64,000 nt of DNA from Deltaproteobacteria bacterium HGW-Deltaproteobacteria-6 (GCA_002840435.1 PHAT01000010.1:26393-90392); one strand, 5' to 3'. Positions 1 to 9,947 are shown, counted from the first letter of the stretch. The notes: a model not told the origin generated them from the letters alone. Numbers and translations are program-made.

Positions 1-198
1 ATTGAACCCGGCGTAATTTTAATGGGCGTCAAAGTGGCCGACGGCCGCTACGTGCCGGTCGGATCGGTCATCAAAACCCAGGCCGAAGCGGATGCGCTGC
101 CCGTGATCACCGCCGACTATCCGCTCAAGGATATGAATAAAGGCGTGCTGCACGTGAATAAGGCGCTGGCCAAGGGCTATCTGGCAGCAGCAAAATAG
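1..198 (+). CDS. gamma-class carbonic anhydrase (Cam-type), C-terminal fragment; the 5' end lies outside the window
   Basis: Frame 1 is open from the window edge to TAG at 196-198. The translation ...VKVADGRYVPVGSVIKTQAEADALPVITADYPLKDMNKGVLHVNKALAKGYL aligns by eye with the C-terminus of Methanosarcina Cam (..IPDGRYIPAGMVVTSQAEADKLPEVTDDY...VVYVNVHLAEGY). Confidence 0.6.
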   Translation: MEPGVILMGVKVADGRYVPVGSVIKTQAEADALPVITADYPLKDMNKGVLHVNKALAKGYLAAAK

Positions 199-215
199 TT
201 ATTTGGAGGACAGGC

Positions 216-257
216 AAAACAGCCGGTTCCTGTCATGATCTGGAACCGGTTGTTTTT
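216..257 (+). terminator. rho-independent terminator after the carbonic anhydrase gene
   Basis: The stem aaaacagccggttcc (216-230) pairs with ggaaccggttgtttt (242-256) with one mismatch and is followed by a T-run. Confidence 0.6.
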
Positions 258-266
258 CATTAAGTC

Positions 267-989
267 ATGTTAATCAAAAGCCCTTCCGTTAAAAATGAAA
301 AGAAAAATGCCTGTCTTTCCTGCGGCACGACTAAAGATATTAAAAATCGCCGCTATTGTTCTGTAAAATGCCGTCAGCATCTGCGGCAAAAACTCAACAC
401 CCGGAGCGGTCTGCTGCAGGCCTTGAACACGCGCTACGCATCCTTTTATTTTACCGACGAAATGATCATTCTGGATGTTGTCCCTCATGGTATCCGGGAA
501 ATATTCCGTTATACGGCTTTACGCACGGATGACTTGAAACCGGCCGAGGATTTCGGAGTTCTGACCAACAGGCTGGGTGATGCCTGGTGGGCGGAAGAAA
601 AGAAGACCAAGAAAAACTATCTGGCTTCCCGTCGGGTTCTGGAACTGGCGGAAAGACATGTGATTTCAGAAGGGCTGATGCGGCCGCGATTAATCAAGGT
701 TGCCACAGCCAAACCGGAAAATTTAGTGCTGCTGGATATGGCCAAGGCTGACCTGAGCTCCCGCGAACTGATTAAAATGATCAAAAACGCTTACCGGCGG
801 CAGGTTAAAATTCATCATCCTGATGCGGGCGGCAAGGCCGCCACTTTCCGCAAGATCCATGAAGCCTATAAAGAACTGCTGCTCTGGGCCGAACATCCGA
901 CATTCATCAGGCGCCGCGGCTTTTCCGACAAATGGTATTATGACGGCGACAACAAAAAATGGGTTCAGCCGGTGCCGGTGAAGAAATAA
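267..989 (+). CDS. J-domain protein with an N-terminal 4-Cys zinc ribbon
   Basis: The N-terminus has CLSCG-x13-CSVKC (C-x2-C...C-x3-C). The C-terminal region AYRRQVKIHHPDAGG...FRKIHEAYKELL carries the HPD tripeptide typical of J domains. There is no DnaJ Gly/Phe or Cys-repeat region. Confidence 0.75.
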   Translation: MLIKSPSVKNEKKNACLSCGTTKDIKNRRYCSVKCRQHLRQKLNTRSGLLQALNTRYASFYFTDEMIILDVVPHGIREIFRYTALRTDDLKPAEDFGVLTNRLGDAWWAEEKKTKKNYLASRRVLELAERHVISEGLMRPRLIKVATAKPENLVLLDMAKADLSSRELIKMIKNAYRRQVKIHHPDAGGKAATFRKIHEAYKELLLWAEHPTFIRRRGFSDKWYYDGDNKKWVQPVPVKK

Positions 990-1149
990 TCTGAAGGCTG
1001 AATGAAATATCTTTTAAGCAAATTCTATATTCATTCTGTCACCTGGAAAAGGTGTTCCTTCGCCATGTGATCCCGGAATGCAATTCAACTCAGTCAGGCT
1101 TTACAGCAAAATCTGCAAGAACCGCGTCTTTCAAAAAAGGCTCTTGCAT

Positions 1150-2667
1150 TTATTTTTCGCCGCCGCCCAGCGCCTTATAGAGCGCAACGGCATTGTTGAG
1201 ACGGGCAAGCTGCAACATGATCAAACCCTGTTGTGCGCCGTAGAGAGAGCGCTGCGCGTCAAGAACGGAGAGGTAACTGTCAATGCCCTTTGCATAACGG
1301 GACCCGGAGAGGCGGTAAGCCACGGCAAGAGCGTCAACCAGAGATTGCTGCGCCTCGATCTGCTGATTCACCGTGCCCTTCACGGCCAGTGCATCGGCAA
1401 CTTCCCGAAAAGCCGTCTGGATGGCCTTCTCATACTGAGCCACGTATATTTCCTTGTCTATTTTGGTGACATCGTATGCAAACCATGTTCGGGCGTCGAA
1501 GATCGGCATAACAATCTGCGGAGTGAAGCTCCATGCACCCGAACCGGATTTGAAGAGTCCTGAGAGATCGGCACTGGCGGTTCCGAGAACAGCCGTCAGT
1601 GAGATGCGGGGAAAGAAAGCCGCACGTGCGGCGCCGATATTGGCGTTGGCCGCCTTGAGCTGATGTTCCGCCGCCAGGACATCGGGCCGGCGCAAGAGCA
1701 GTTCTGAGGATAGACCGGCGGATATCTCCCGGGGCGGGCGAATGCCGGCTAATTGGGACGGCAGGAGTTCCGGCAATACCGGAGTTCCAACCAGAAGATG
1801 CAGAGCGTTTTCAGCCTGCGCCGTAAGCTGCGTGTAACGGGCGACATCGCCCCGCGCTATATCCACCTGGCTTTGGGCGCGCATTAGATCCAACTCGGAT
1901 GTCATGCCGACATCATGGCGTTTCCTGATTATTTTGTAGGTAGATTCCTGGGTCTCCAGTGTTTTCGTCACCAGTTGGAGCGCTTCCCGGTTTGCAGCCA
2001 GGGCCAGATATGCCTGTGTCACTGTGGATATCAACACCATCTGCGCGCTGCGGCGGGCCTCGTCCGTGGCCAGATATTGTTCCAGTGCCTGGTCTTTCAG
2101 ACTGCGGATACGGCCGAAGAAGTCTATTTCCCAGGATGTGATGCCGAGGTTGACATCGTATCGTTCAGAAGTCATGGCGCTGCCGGAGGATGAAAGGTCA
2201 GCCGGAACACGTGCTTTAGTCCAACTCCCTGTGGCGTTGACCGAAGGCAGGATGGATACCTTTCCGATGCCGTAAAGCGCTTCCGCCCTCTCTGCATTCA
2301 GCGCCGCCACACGCAAATCGCGGTTGTTTTTCAAGGCGGCTTCAATAATTTTTTGCAACGTCTCGTCGATGATGAACTCACGCCATGCCAGCTCTGATAC
2401 GGCAGGAGCCGGTGCTGCGGATGCCGTATTATAGGCTGCGCCGGTCGGCCATTGGGACGGCACCGGAGCATCCGGGCGTTCATATCTGGGGGCGAGGGTA
2501 CAGCCGCCCAGTAAGAAGACGATGACAACTAGAAGAAGGAAGAACTTTGGATCCGTGTCATTTCGACCGCAGGGAGAAATCTTGAAAGTTTGGAAACGTT
2601 TAGATTTCTCGTCGTTGATCTCCTCGAAATGACAAAATTCGAAGGTTTTGAGGAAGGTTCTGTTCAT
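1150..2667 (-). CDS. RND efflux outer membrane factor lipoprotein (NodT/OprM family)
   Basis: It has the lipobox LLGGC followed by TLAPRYERP, which is typical of NodT-family outer membrane factors, and two TolC-like repeats. Its ATG lies 1 nt after the RND pump stop, suggesting translational coupling. The region before the hydrophobic core is unusually long, so the true start is uncertain. Confidence 0.9.
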   Translation of the reverse strand: MNRTFLKTFEFCHFEEINDEKSKRFQTFKISPCGRNDTDPKFFLLLVVIVFLLGGCTLAPRYERPDAPVPSQWPTGAAYNTASAAPAPAVSELAWREFIIDETLQKIIEAALKNNRDLRVAALNAERAEALYGIGKVSILPSVNATGSWTKARVPADLSSSGSAMTSERYDVNLGITSWEIDFFGRIRSLKDQALEQYLATDEARRSAQMVLISTVTQAYLALAANREALQLVTKTLETQESTYKIIRKRHDVGMTSELDLMRAQSQVDIARGDVARYTQLTAQAENALHLLVGTPVLPELLPSQLAGIRPPREISAGLSSELLLRRPDVLAAEHQLKAANANIGAARAAFFPRISLTAVLGTASADLSGLFKSGSGAWSFTPQIVMPIFDARTWFAYDVTKIDKEIYVAQYEKAIQTAFREVADALAVKGTVNQQIEAQQSLVDALAVAYRLSGSRYAKGIDSYLSVLDAQRSLYGAQQGLIMLQLARLNNAVALYKALGGGEK

Positions 2668-2668
2668 A

Positions 2669-5600
2669 TCATTTAACCTCTGGTGGATTCACATGACTTT
2701 CACCGGTCGATTTCGGGTTCCTTTTAGCAAAAAACTTTTCGAACATAGTAAAAAAGGAGCTTTGATCTTTCGTGCCGTCCGGTTTCTGTTTTTGCCTTTT
2801 TCCGAAGAGCTTTTCAATCAGGACAAAGAATAAGGGTGAAAAAATAACCACCAGGACCGTGGCGCTTATCATGCCTCCCAGCACGCTCGTTCCGATGGCA
2901 TTCTGGGCCCCGGCGCCTGCACCCGTAGTGAGTGCCAGGGGCAGAACCCCGAAACCGAAGGCGAGCGATGTCATGAGAATCGGTCGGAATCTGAGTTTTG
3001 CTCCCTCAATTGTGGCTTCGATAAGCTCCATGCCCCTTTCCTCAACGCCGCTCTTGGCGAACTGGGCGATCAGAATGGCGTTCTTGGTGGCGAGCCCCAG
3101 CGTGGTGAGCAGGCCGATCTGGAAATAGACGTCATTGGCCAGTCCTCTCATACTTGAAGAGATGACACCGCCGATGACCCCCAGTGGCAGCATAAGCAGG
3201 ATGGCGATGGGGATGGTCCAGCTCTCGTAAAGCGCGGCCAGACACAAAAAGATCACGAAAATGGAAAAGGCATACAAAAGCGGCGCCTGGGAGCTGGCCA
3301 TCCGCTCCTGGTAGGAAAGTCCGCTCCAGTCAAAACCGAAACCGCTGGGAAGCTTTCCCATCGCTTCTTCCATGGCCTGCATGGCTTCGCCTGAACTTTT
3401 GCCGGGCGCGGGTTCTCCCCAGATGTTGATGGAGGGAAATCCGTTAAAGCGCGTCAGTCTGGGAGATCCGGACGTCCAGCGACCCGCGGCAAACGAAGAA
3501 AAGGGGACCATCGTGCCCGATTTATTGCGAACGTAAAGTTTTTCCAGATCCTTGGGCAGCATACGGAAGCGGGCATCCGCCTGTATGTATACCCTTTTGA
3601 TGCGGCCGCCCTGAACGAAGTCGTTGGCATAGGCGCTGCCGAAGGCCGCTGAAAGCGTGTTATGGATAGAGGTAATGGGAATTCCGAGGGCGCCGGCTTT
3701 CGCCCAGTCCACATCGATGCGGTACTGGGGGACATCCGCCATGCTGTTGGGCCGGACTTTGATGACCCTCTCATCCCTGGCCATGAGTCCGAGCAGCTGA
3801 TATTGTCCGTCCATCAGGGCCTGATGACCCAGACCCCCGCGGTCCAGCAGCTGAAAGTCGAATCCCATGGACATGCCCAGTTCAGGAACAGGCGGCGGCT
3901 GGAAAGCGAACACCATGGCGTTGCGGTAACCGGAAAAGGTTTTCATGGCTCTTCCCACGATGGCCTTGGCTTTCAAATCAGCCCGGCCCCGCAAATGCCA
4001 GTCCTTGAGCCTGATCCAGACCATTCCGTTGTTCTGCGCCCGCCCCGAAAATCCGATACCGGTAATGGCCATCACCATTTCCACTGCTTCTTTTTCGTTT
4101 TCATTAAAATACTTTTCAATTTGTTTCGTGAGCTCTCCGGTCTGTTCCAGGGTCGTACCGGTGGGCATGATGACCTGGGCCAGCAGGATTCCCTGGTCTT
4201 CATCCGGAAGATAAGCGGTGGGCATGCGCAGAAACAGGACGCCCATGATCACGACAATTACGAGAAAGACGACCAGATAGCGTTTCTTCCTGGAGAGGGA
4301 ATGGCCGATCAGTTGCACGTAACGGTCCCGAAAACCGAAAAAAGCGCGATCAAACCACCGGAAAAAAGGCTTCATGAAAAAAATGGCATTTTCCGCCGGT
4401 TGATGTCCGGCTTTCACCGGTTTGAGGAGCGCGGCGCACAAAACCGGCGTCAGGATCAAGGCCACAACCACTGAAAGAAGCATTGCTGAAATAATCGTAA
4501 TGGAAAACTGGCGGTAGATGACGCCGGTTGAACCCGGGAAGAAGGCCATAGGGCCGAAAACGGCGGAGAGCACCAGTCCGATGCCGATGAGCGCGCTTGT
4601 GATCTGTTCCATGGACTTTGCGGTGGCTTCTTTGGGTGGAAGTCCTTCTTCGGCCATGATCCGTTCCACGTTTTCCACCACTACGATGGCGTCATCCACC
4701 AGAAGTCCGATGGCCAGCACCATGGCAAACATCGTCAGCATGTTGATCGAGAATCCAAAGAGGCCCAAAATAGCGAAAGTTCCCAGAAGCACCACCGGCA
4801 CGGCGATCGTGGGAATCAGGGTGGCCCGCATGTTGCCCAGGAAAAGCCACATCACCAGGAAGACCAGCACGATGGCGATGAACAGAGTCTTGATCACTTC
4901 ATCGATGGAGACTTTGATGAATTTGGTCGAGTCACTGGGATAGACGACTTTTAATCCGGCGGGGAAAAACCGGCTCATCTCCGCCATTTTTGCTTTTACC
5001 GCATCAGCCGTATCCAGGGCGTTGGCGTCCGGAGACTGCCGGATAGCGATGCCCGCGGCAGGTCTGCCGTTGTTGGAAACCTGGATATCGTAAATCTCAG
5101 TGCCCAGTTCGGTTCGTCCGACATCGCTGATTCGCACAATGGAGCCGTCCGGATTGGTGCGAAGAGGAATGGCCGCGAATTCTTCCGGCGTGGAAAGCAT
5201 ATTCTGAACGATGATGGAGGCATTTAAACGCTGGCCGGGAACGGCGGGCGCCCCGCCGAACTGGCCTGCGGAAACCTCCACATTATAGGCTTTGAGTGCG
5301 GCCAGCACATCCTCCATGGTCATGTTGTAAACCGTCAGGCGTTCCGGGTTAAGCCAGACGCGCATGGCATAGCCGCCTCCGAAAACTTCCACCTCACCAA
5401 CGCCGGGGACGCGCGCCAGAATTTTTTCCAGATTGGATTTGGCATAGTCTCTCAGATCCGTACCGTCCATGGAGCCGTCTTCCGAAACCAGGCCGACAAA
5501 CAAAAGATAGTTCCGGGTGGACTTGGAGACCTGAACGCCCTGACTCTCCACCACATCGGGGAGGTTCGTCATGGCGGATTGAACTTTGTTTTGCACCTTG

Positions 5601-5917
5601 GCCCAGGCGATATCCGGATCGGTCCCCGGCTTGAAGGTCAGCTCCAGACGGGAGCCGCCGGCAGAATCGCTGGAGGCGGACATGTAGATAAGATTATCCA
5701 GACCGGTCATCTTCTGCTCGATGACCTGGGTGACGCTGTTTTCCACCGTTTCGGCTGACGAGCCGGGGTATGAGGCTGAAATCGCAATAGTGGGCGGAGC
5801 CATCTGCGGATATTGGGAAATGGGCAGGTTATAGATGGCGATACAGCCTACCGCCATGATGATGATGGCAATGACCCATGCGAAAACCGGACGATCCAAA
5901 AAGAATTTTGATAGCAT
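2669..5917 (-). CDS. RND multidrug efflux inner-membrane transporter (HAE1, AcrB/MexB-like)
   Basis: The 1082-aa product starts MLSKFFLDRPVFAWVIAIIIM and has AcrB-like motifs (GLLVDDAIVVVENVER; 12-TM layout with two large periplasmic loops). It sits between the MFP and OMF genes. Confidence 0.95.
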   Translation of the reverse strand: MLSKFFLDRPVFAWVIAIIIMAVGCIAIYNLPISQYPQMAPPTIAISASYPGSSAETVENSVTQVIEQKMTGLDNLIYMSASSDSAGGSRLELTFKPGTDPDIAWAKVQNKVQSAMTNLPDVVESQGVQVSKSTRNYLLFVGLVSEDGSMDGTDLRDYAKSNLEKILARVPGVGEVEVFGGGYAMRVWLNPERLTVYNMTMEDVLAALKAYNVEVSAGQFGGAPAVPGQRLNASIIVQNMLSTPEEFAAIPLRTNPDGSIVRISDVGRTELGTEIYDIQVSNNGRPAAGIAIRQSPDANALDTADAVKAKMAEMSRFFPAGLKVVYPSDSTKFIKVSIDEVIKTLFIAIVLVFLVMWLFLGNMRATLIPTIAVPVVLLGTFAILGLFGFSINMLTMFAMVLAIGLLVDDAIVVVENVERIMAEEGLPPKEATAKSMEQITSALIGIGLVLSAVFGPMAFFPGSTGVIYRQFSITIISAMLLSVVVALILTPVLCAALLKPVKAGHQPAENAIFFMKPFFRWFDRAFFGFRDRYVQLIGHSLSRKKRYLVVFLVIVVIMGVLFLRMPTAYLPDEDQGILLAQVIMPTGTTLEQTGELTKQIEKYFNENEKEAVEMVMAITGIGFSGRAQNNGMVWIRLKDWHLRGRADLKAKAIVGRAMKTFSGYRNAMVFAFQPPPVPELGMSMGFDFQLLDRGGLGHQALMDGQYQLLGLMARDERVIKVRPNSMADVPQYRIDVDWAKAGALGIPITSIHNTLSAAFGSAYANDFVQGGRIKRVYIQADARFRMLPKDLEKLYVRNKSGTMVPFSSFAAGRWTSGSPRLTRFNGFPSINIWGEPAPGKSSGEAMQAMEEAMGKLPSGFGFDWSGLSYQERMASSQAPLLYAFSIFVIFLCLAALYESWTIPIAILLMLPLGVIGGVISSSMRGLANDVYFQIGLLTTLGLATKNAILIAQFAKSGVEERGMELIEATIEGAKLRFRPILMTSLAFGFGVLPLALTTGAGAGAQNAIGTSVLGGMISATVLVVIFSPLFFVLIEKLFGKRQKQKPDGTKDQSSFFTMFEKFFAKRNPKSTGESHVNPPEVK

Positions 5918-5931
5918 TTGGGTGCTCCCCG

Positions 5932-7113
5932 TTAATTTGTTTTGGCGGGCGGGGCGGTATGCTTCGTTTTCCCGCCGTTTTCAAAAGGAACAGCTTTTAC
6001 GGAAACACCGGGTTTCACCTTCATTGTCCCCTCGATAATAACCCGTTCGCCTTGCTCAATGCCGGATGAAACAAGCCAGGCATCACCGATGGCACGGTCA
6101 AGCGTAATCTGCCGCTGTTGGACCATTCCCTTGTCGTCCACAATTAATGTCAGAGGATTCCCTTTGGGATCACGCGATACGGCCTGTTGGGGAATCAGAA
6201 TGGCATTTTTACGAATACCTTCCTGGACGATGGCCCGGACAAACATGCCCGGCAGCAGAACACCATTCGGATTGGGAAACACAATACGTAGAATGACGGA
6301 TCCCGTGGTCGGATCGACGGTGACGTCGCGAAATTTAAGGTCCCCTTTCAATGGATACTCTTTGCCATCAACTAAAACGAGTCGCACCTTTTGCTGATTT
6401 TTGCTGTTCTGATCCAGTTGACCTTCCTGTATCTGGGTTCGCAAACGAAGAATCTCAGTGGTGGACTGGGTAACATCCACATACATGGGATCCAGCTGCT
6501 GTATGGTGGCTAATGCCACGGGCTGCTGAGTTGTCACCAGGGCGCCCTCCGTGACGCTGGATCTTCCAATACGGCCCGAAATAGGCGCGCTAATGGTGGT
6601 GTATTTCAGGTTAATGCGGGCTGTTTCAAGCGTTGCTTTTGCATATTGTATGTCTGCCTGCGTTTGTTTCAATGCCGCGGATGCATCGTCATAATCCTGT
6701 TGACTGACAGCCTTTTCAGCAAGCAATTCCCGCAATCGATTCGTTTTCAATTGAATGGCTGTAAGCTGAGCCTCGGAACGGGCCAGCGCGGCTTTGGCAT
6801 TTTCGAGTGCCGACTGATAGAGGGCGGGATCGATTTGAAAGAGTACCTGACCGGCCCTCACATCAGCGCCTTCCGTGAACAGGCGCTTTTGGATGATACC
6901 GCCCACTTGGGGACGCACTTCGGCAACTAAATTGGCGGATGTCCGGCCGGTCAGTTCGGTTGTGGTAGCCACCGGCTTCGACTGGATGGTGACAACTGCA
7001 ACTTCGGGAACCGGAGGAGGACCGCCCTTCTTGTCACCGCATCCGCCCAGAAGCAAACCCACGGTAATAAAGACTGTAGCAGTCATCAGCCCGACTCTGT
7101 AATCTTTTTTCAT
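5932..7113 (-). CDS. RND efflux membrane fusion protein (AcrA/MexA-like periplasmic adaptor)
   Basis: It has a lipoprotein signal (LLLGGCG), a coiled-coil hairpin region, and lipoyl/beta-barrel motifs (ISAPISGRIG). It lies immediately upstream of the RND pump. Confidence 0.9.
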   Translation of the reverse strand: MKKDYRVGLMTATVFITVGLLLGGCGDKKGGPPPVPEVAVVTIQSKPVATTTELTGRTSANLVAEVRPQVGGIIQKRLFTEGADVRAGQVLFQIDPALYQSALENAKAALARSEAQLTAIQLKTNRLRELLAEKAVSQQDYDDASAALKQTQADIQYAKATLETARINLKYTTISAPISGRIGRSSVTEGALVTTQQPVALATIQQLDPMYVDVTQSTTEILRLRTQIQEGQLDQNSKNQQKVRLVLVDGKEYPLKGDLKFRDVTVDPTTGSVILRIVFPNPNGVLLPGMFVRAIVQEGIRKNAILIPQQAVSRDPKGNPLTLIVDDKGMVQQRQITLDRAIGDAWLVSSGIEQGERVIIEGTMKVKPGVSVKAVPFENGGKTKHTAPPAKTN

Positions 7114-7210
7114 TGGATACCCCTACTATTCGAGATTTTGCGGCCATCACCGATGATGTCCGTGTGACGGCATCGTGATCATGGTCGAAACAAAGTGGAA
7201 CAATTTAATG

Positions 7211-7230
7211 TGAATACAAATGGGTATTCA
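7211..7230. promoter_or_regulatory. inverted repeat TGAATAC-N6-GTATTCA, a candidate TetR operator in front of the efflux operon
   Basis: It has perfect 7-bp arms and lies between the tetR stop (7275) and the MFP start (7113). It shares GAAT...ATTC ends with the palindrome at 7882-7897. Confidence 0.35.
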
Positions 7231-7274
7231 TAATTCAAAATAAAAAATCCGGTATTTTAGCATAAAAAAGCGTT

Positions 7275-7859
7275 TCACCTCTTAATTGCATCCCAGCAGG
7301 CTTCGGTAATTTGCCGGATCAGAGGTTCCTCCAATACAACAAAACCGAGGGTATGGTCACGTATCACATAGAGCATGGGACCGATGGCCAGTGAAGAAAG
7401 CACACTCACCGGTAAATCTTTCAATATCTGCTGAGAGATCCCCACGTCGAAGATTTCTTTGAGTGCGTCACGTCTATCCTGATTGATATTTTTGCCCGAA
7501 AGTTTGTCGCGGCGTTTGGAGATTCCGTAGGGGGAGTTGAAAAACTGTTCCATATAACGGAAATGAAGCGGATTTGTTAATAAATATCGGCAAAGTTCAC
7601 CGAATACATAAAAAAATTGTTCTTTTACGGGCTTTCTTTCAGGATAATTGGACAGGAGAACCTCCATTAACCTGTCTTCAATTTCCTGAAACAACTCATT
7701 AATGAGCACGTCCTTGTTTTCGAAGTACCGGTAGATCGTTCCGGCGGCCACTTGCGCATGATCGGCTATTTCAGACATCGGAGCGTCGTGAAAACCCCGT
7801 TCGGCAATAAGTTCCAGGGCCGCTTGCATAATATCGGTGCGTTTATCGGAAGTCAGCAA
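7275..7859 (-). CDS. TetR/AcrR family transcriptional regulator
   Basis: The N-terminal HTH region is IMQAALELIAERGFHDAPMSEIADHAQVAAGTIYRYFENKDVL. It is encoded directly upstream of the RND efflux genes on the same strand. Confidence 0.9.
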   Translation of the reverse strand: MLTSDKRTDIMQAALELIAERGFHDAPMSEIADHAQVAAGTIYRYFENKDVLINELFQEIEDRLMEVLLSNYPERKPVKEQFFYVFGELCRYLLTNPLHFRYMEQFFNSPYGISKRRDKLSGKNINQDRRDALKEIFDVGISQQILKDLPVSVLSSLAIGPMLYVIRDHTLGFVVLEEPLIRQITEACWDAIKR

Positions 7860-7881
7860 AGTATTTGTGCTCCATAGCTAT

Positions 7882-7897
7882 GAATGAACGTTCATTC
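7882..7897. promoter_or_regulatory. perfect 16-bp palindrome GAATGAACGTTCATTC, a candidate autoregulatory TetR operator
   Basis: The sequence is exactly self-complementary and lies about 23 nt upstream of the tetR start codon. Confidence 0.4.
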
Positions 7898-7967
7898 TTG
7901 TTATGAAAAATATCTATATCAGAAGGAAAATGCTGTCAAGATGTTTATACAGGTGAAAAACAGCTCA

Positions 7968-8564
7968 TTATTTTTCGATCAACTGCTCCAGATCTTCCGG
8001 TGTGTTCAAATTTTGAAAGAGACGTCCGTTTTTGTTAAACGGGGAAATCTGATGTTCATTAATCGGTAGCACGCGCATGTCCCTGTAAAAACCGGTGATC
8101 TTGAGTTTATCCATCAGCAGCAGACGTTTAATGGAAGGCAGACAATTGCGCGAGTAAATGGCGTGCAGGGGCTGATACCCTTCGGCAAGTTCCGGGACGA
8201 TGACATCGTGCTTTCCTGATTGACCGGTCAGATATTCGATGAAATCCTGATTGAGAAACGGCATGTCACAGGGGCAGGCAAATGCGTAATTATTTTTCGC
8301 GTAAAAAAGCCCTGTGTAGATACCCCCGAGCGGTCCCTTTCCTTTGTAAATATCGGTGACAATAATCGCGTTTGTGAATTCGACATAGGACAGGGGATCG
8401 TTCGTGACGATAATGATTTCGGAAAATAGCTCATGATAAATATTGATTGTCTTATCAATCAGGCGAATTCCGTCGATTTCCAGAAACGCTTTGTTAGTCC
8501 CCATGCGGGAATTTTTGCCGCCTGCGAGAATTATCCCTGTGGTGCCGTTTTTCTTATCCGTCAA
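7968..8564 (-). CDS. mobA: molybdenum cofactor guanylyltransferase
   Basis: It has the N-terminal nucleotide-binding motif GIILAGGKNSRMG-TNKAFLEIDG, and its size and overall pattern are those of MobA. Confidence 0.85.
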   Translation of the reverse strand: MTDKKNGTTGIILAGGKNSRMGTNKAFLEIDGIRLIDKTINIYHELFSEIIIVTNDPLSYVEFTNAIIVTDIYKGKGPLGGIYTGLFYAKNNYAFACPCDMPFLNQDFIEYLTGQSGKHDVIVPELAEGYQPLHAIYSRNCLPSIKRLLLMDKLKITGFYRDMRVLPINEHQISPFNKNGRLFQNLNTPEDLEQLIEK

Positions 8565-8726
8565 TTTCCATGCTCCTTCCAGATCGAAACTTCATTTACC
8601 ATAAAACAATAAATAGTTGATGCGGAATTTTATAACCAAATTTTAGACATTTTTATTGACTCTTGAAATATTAAACTATAAAAACCGAAAATCGAAATAT
8701 TTACTAATTTTATGAGGGGGTATTTA

Positions 8727-9947
8727 ATGAGTAACGATGTCAAGCTGTTTGGACTGCCTGCGGAAAGTGGCAGGTGGGTTTATGTGGTTTTGGGATTGAT
8801 TATGTGTGTGTGTCTGGGGGCGGTTTATGCTTACAGTATTTTTCTGGCACCGGTCAGAAAAGCCTTTGACGTTTCCGCGTCCATGGCGAACCTGCCTTTT
8901 ATGGTTTTCCTGGCGTTTTTTGCCGTTACCATGTTTTTCGGTGGGCGCATGATGGAGAAATTGGGTCCGCGCAAACTGGGAATCATTGGCGGTATTATTG
9001 TCGGGTTGGGCTGGTTTTTATCCAGTTTCGCATCGAATATCTGGGTTTTGACCCTGACCTATGGGGTGATTGCCGGCTCGGGTGTCGGCCTCGTCTATGG
9101 CTGCCCCGTGGCCATGGGGGCCAAATGGTTCCCGGATAAAAAAGGATTGGCTGTCGGATTGACGCTGGCAGGTTTCGGCGGCACGGGCAAGCTTGCTTCC
9201 TTGCTGATTCCTTCTGTTGGATTGTCGAACACCTTCCTGTATTTCGGTGTTGCATTCGGTATTATTCTGGTTGTCTTAAGTCTGCCTTTCCATTTTCCCG
9301 CCGCCGGTTGGGTGCCGGCGGGTTGGAAGCCGGCCGCGGGAGCAGTCGCCGCAACGGATTTTACCCCCGGAGAAATGGCGAAAACATCGACATTTTGGGG
9401 ATTGTTTTTCTGCTTTCTTATCGGGTCGATTGCCGGACTGATGGCTATTGGTATATCCAAACCGGTGGGCAACGAGATCATCAAAATTACAGGTGAGACG
9501 GCTGCGACGCTCGTCGGTGTATTCGCTATTTTCAACGCGCTGGGTCGTCCGCTATTCGGATTTTTGACGGACAAGATTAATCCCCGCAATGCCAGCATCC
9601 TTAATTTGATCGTGATCCTTGTTGTGTCAATTATTATGATTGCGGCCAAAGAAGGTGATACGGGACTCTATACATTCAGCTTTATCGGATTCTGGCTTTG
9701 CCTGGGGGGGTGGCTGGCCATTGCTCCGACTGCAACAGCGGCATTCTTCGGGATGAAAAATTATGCGCGCAACTATGGCGTGGTTTTTTTTGCATACGGC
9801 GTGGGCGCTATCGTCGGTGGTATTATCTCCGGTCAGGCCAAAGATGTGTTCGGGACATACACCTATGCATTCTATCCCACAGCCGTTCTCGCGGCTGCAG
9901 GAATCGTTCTGGCGTTTGCATTGCTTAAACAGCCGAAAAAAGCTTAG
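8727..9947 (+). CDS. MFS transporter, oxalate/formate antiporter (OFA)-like
   Basis: It is a 12-TM hydrophobic protein with OFA-like motifs (RWVYVVLG...AVYAYSIF, FPDKKGLAVGL). Its ATG at 8727 is preceded by a GAGGGGG RBS; the ORF track starts 15 nt earlier. Confidence 0.8.
   Translation: MSNDVKLFGLPAESGRWVYVVLGLIMCVCLGAVYAYSIFLAPVRKAFDVSASMANLPFMVFLAFFAVTMFFGGRMMEKLGPRKLGIIGGIIVGLGWFLSSFASNIWVLTLTYGVIAGSGVGLVYGCPVAMGAKWFPDKKGLAVGLTLAGFGGTGKLASLLIPSVGLSNTFLYFGVAFGIILVVLSLPFHFPAAGWVPAGWKPAAGAVAATDFTPGEMAKTSTFWGLFFCFLIGSIAGLMAIGISKPVGNEIIKITGETAATLVGVFAIFNALGRPLFGFLTDKINPRNASILNLIVILVVSIIMIAAKEGDTGLYTFSFIGFWLCLGGWLAIAPTATAAFFGMKNYARNYGVVFFAYGVGAIVGGIISGQAKDVFGTYTYAFYPTAVLAAAGIVLAFALLKQPKKA

Noticed and set aside
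3662-4474. A 270-aa plus-strand ORF and many other 60-300-aa ORFs lying antisense to long genes. Examples are 1078-1563, 12116-13012, 30062-30826, 33645-34487, 34581-35171, 43286-43894, 48164-48742 and 53748-54299.
   Set aside because: They lie entirely within, and antisense to, confidently identified genes (RND pump, activase, pilW/pilY1-like, argS, ugd, FecR-like, pheT). Their translations are low-complexity and Arg/Gly/Pro-rich, and they lack RBSs, so they are typical shadow ORFs.
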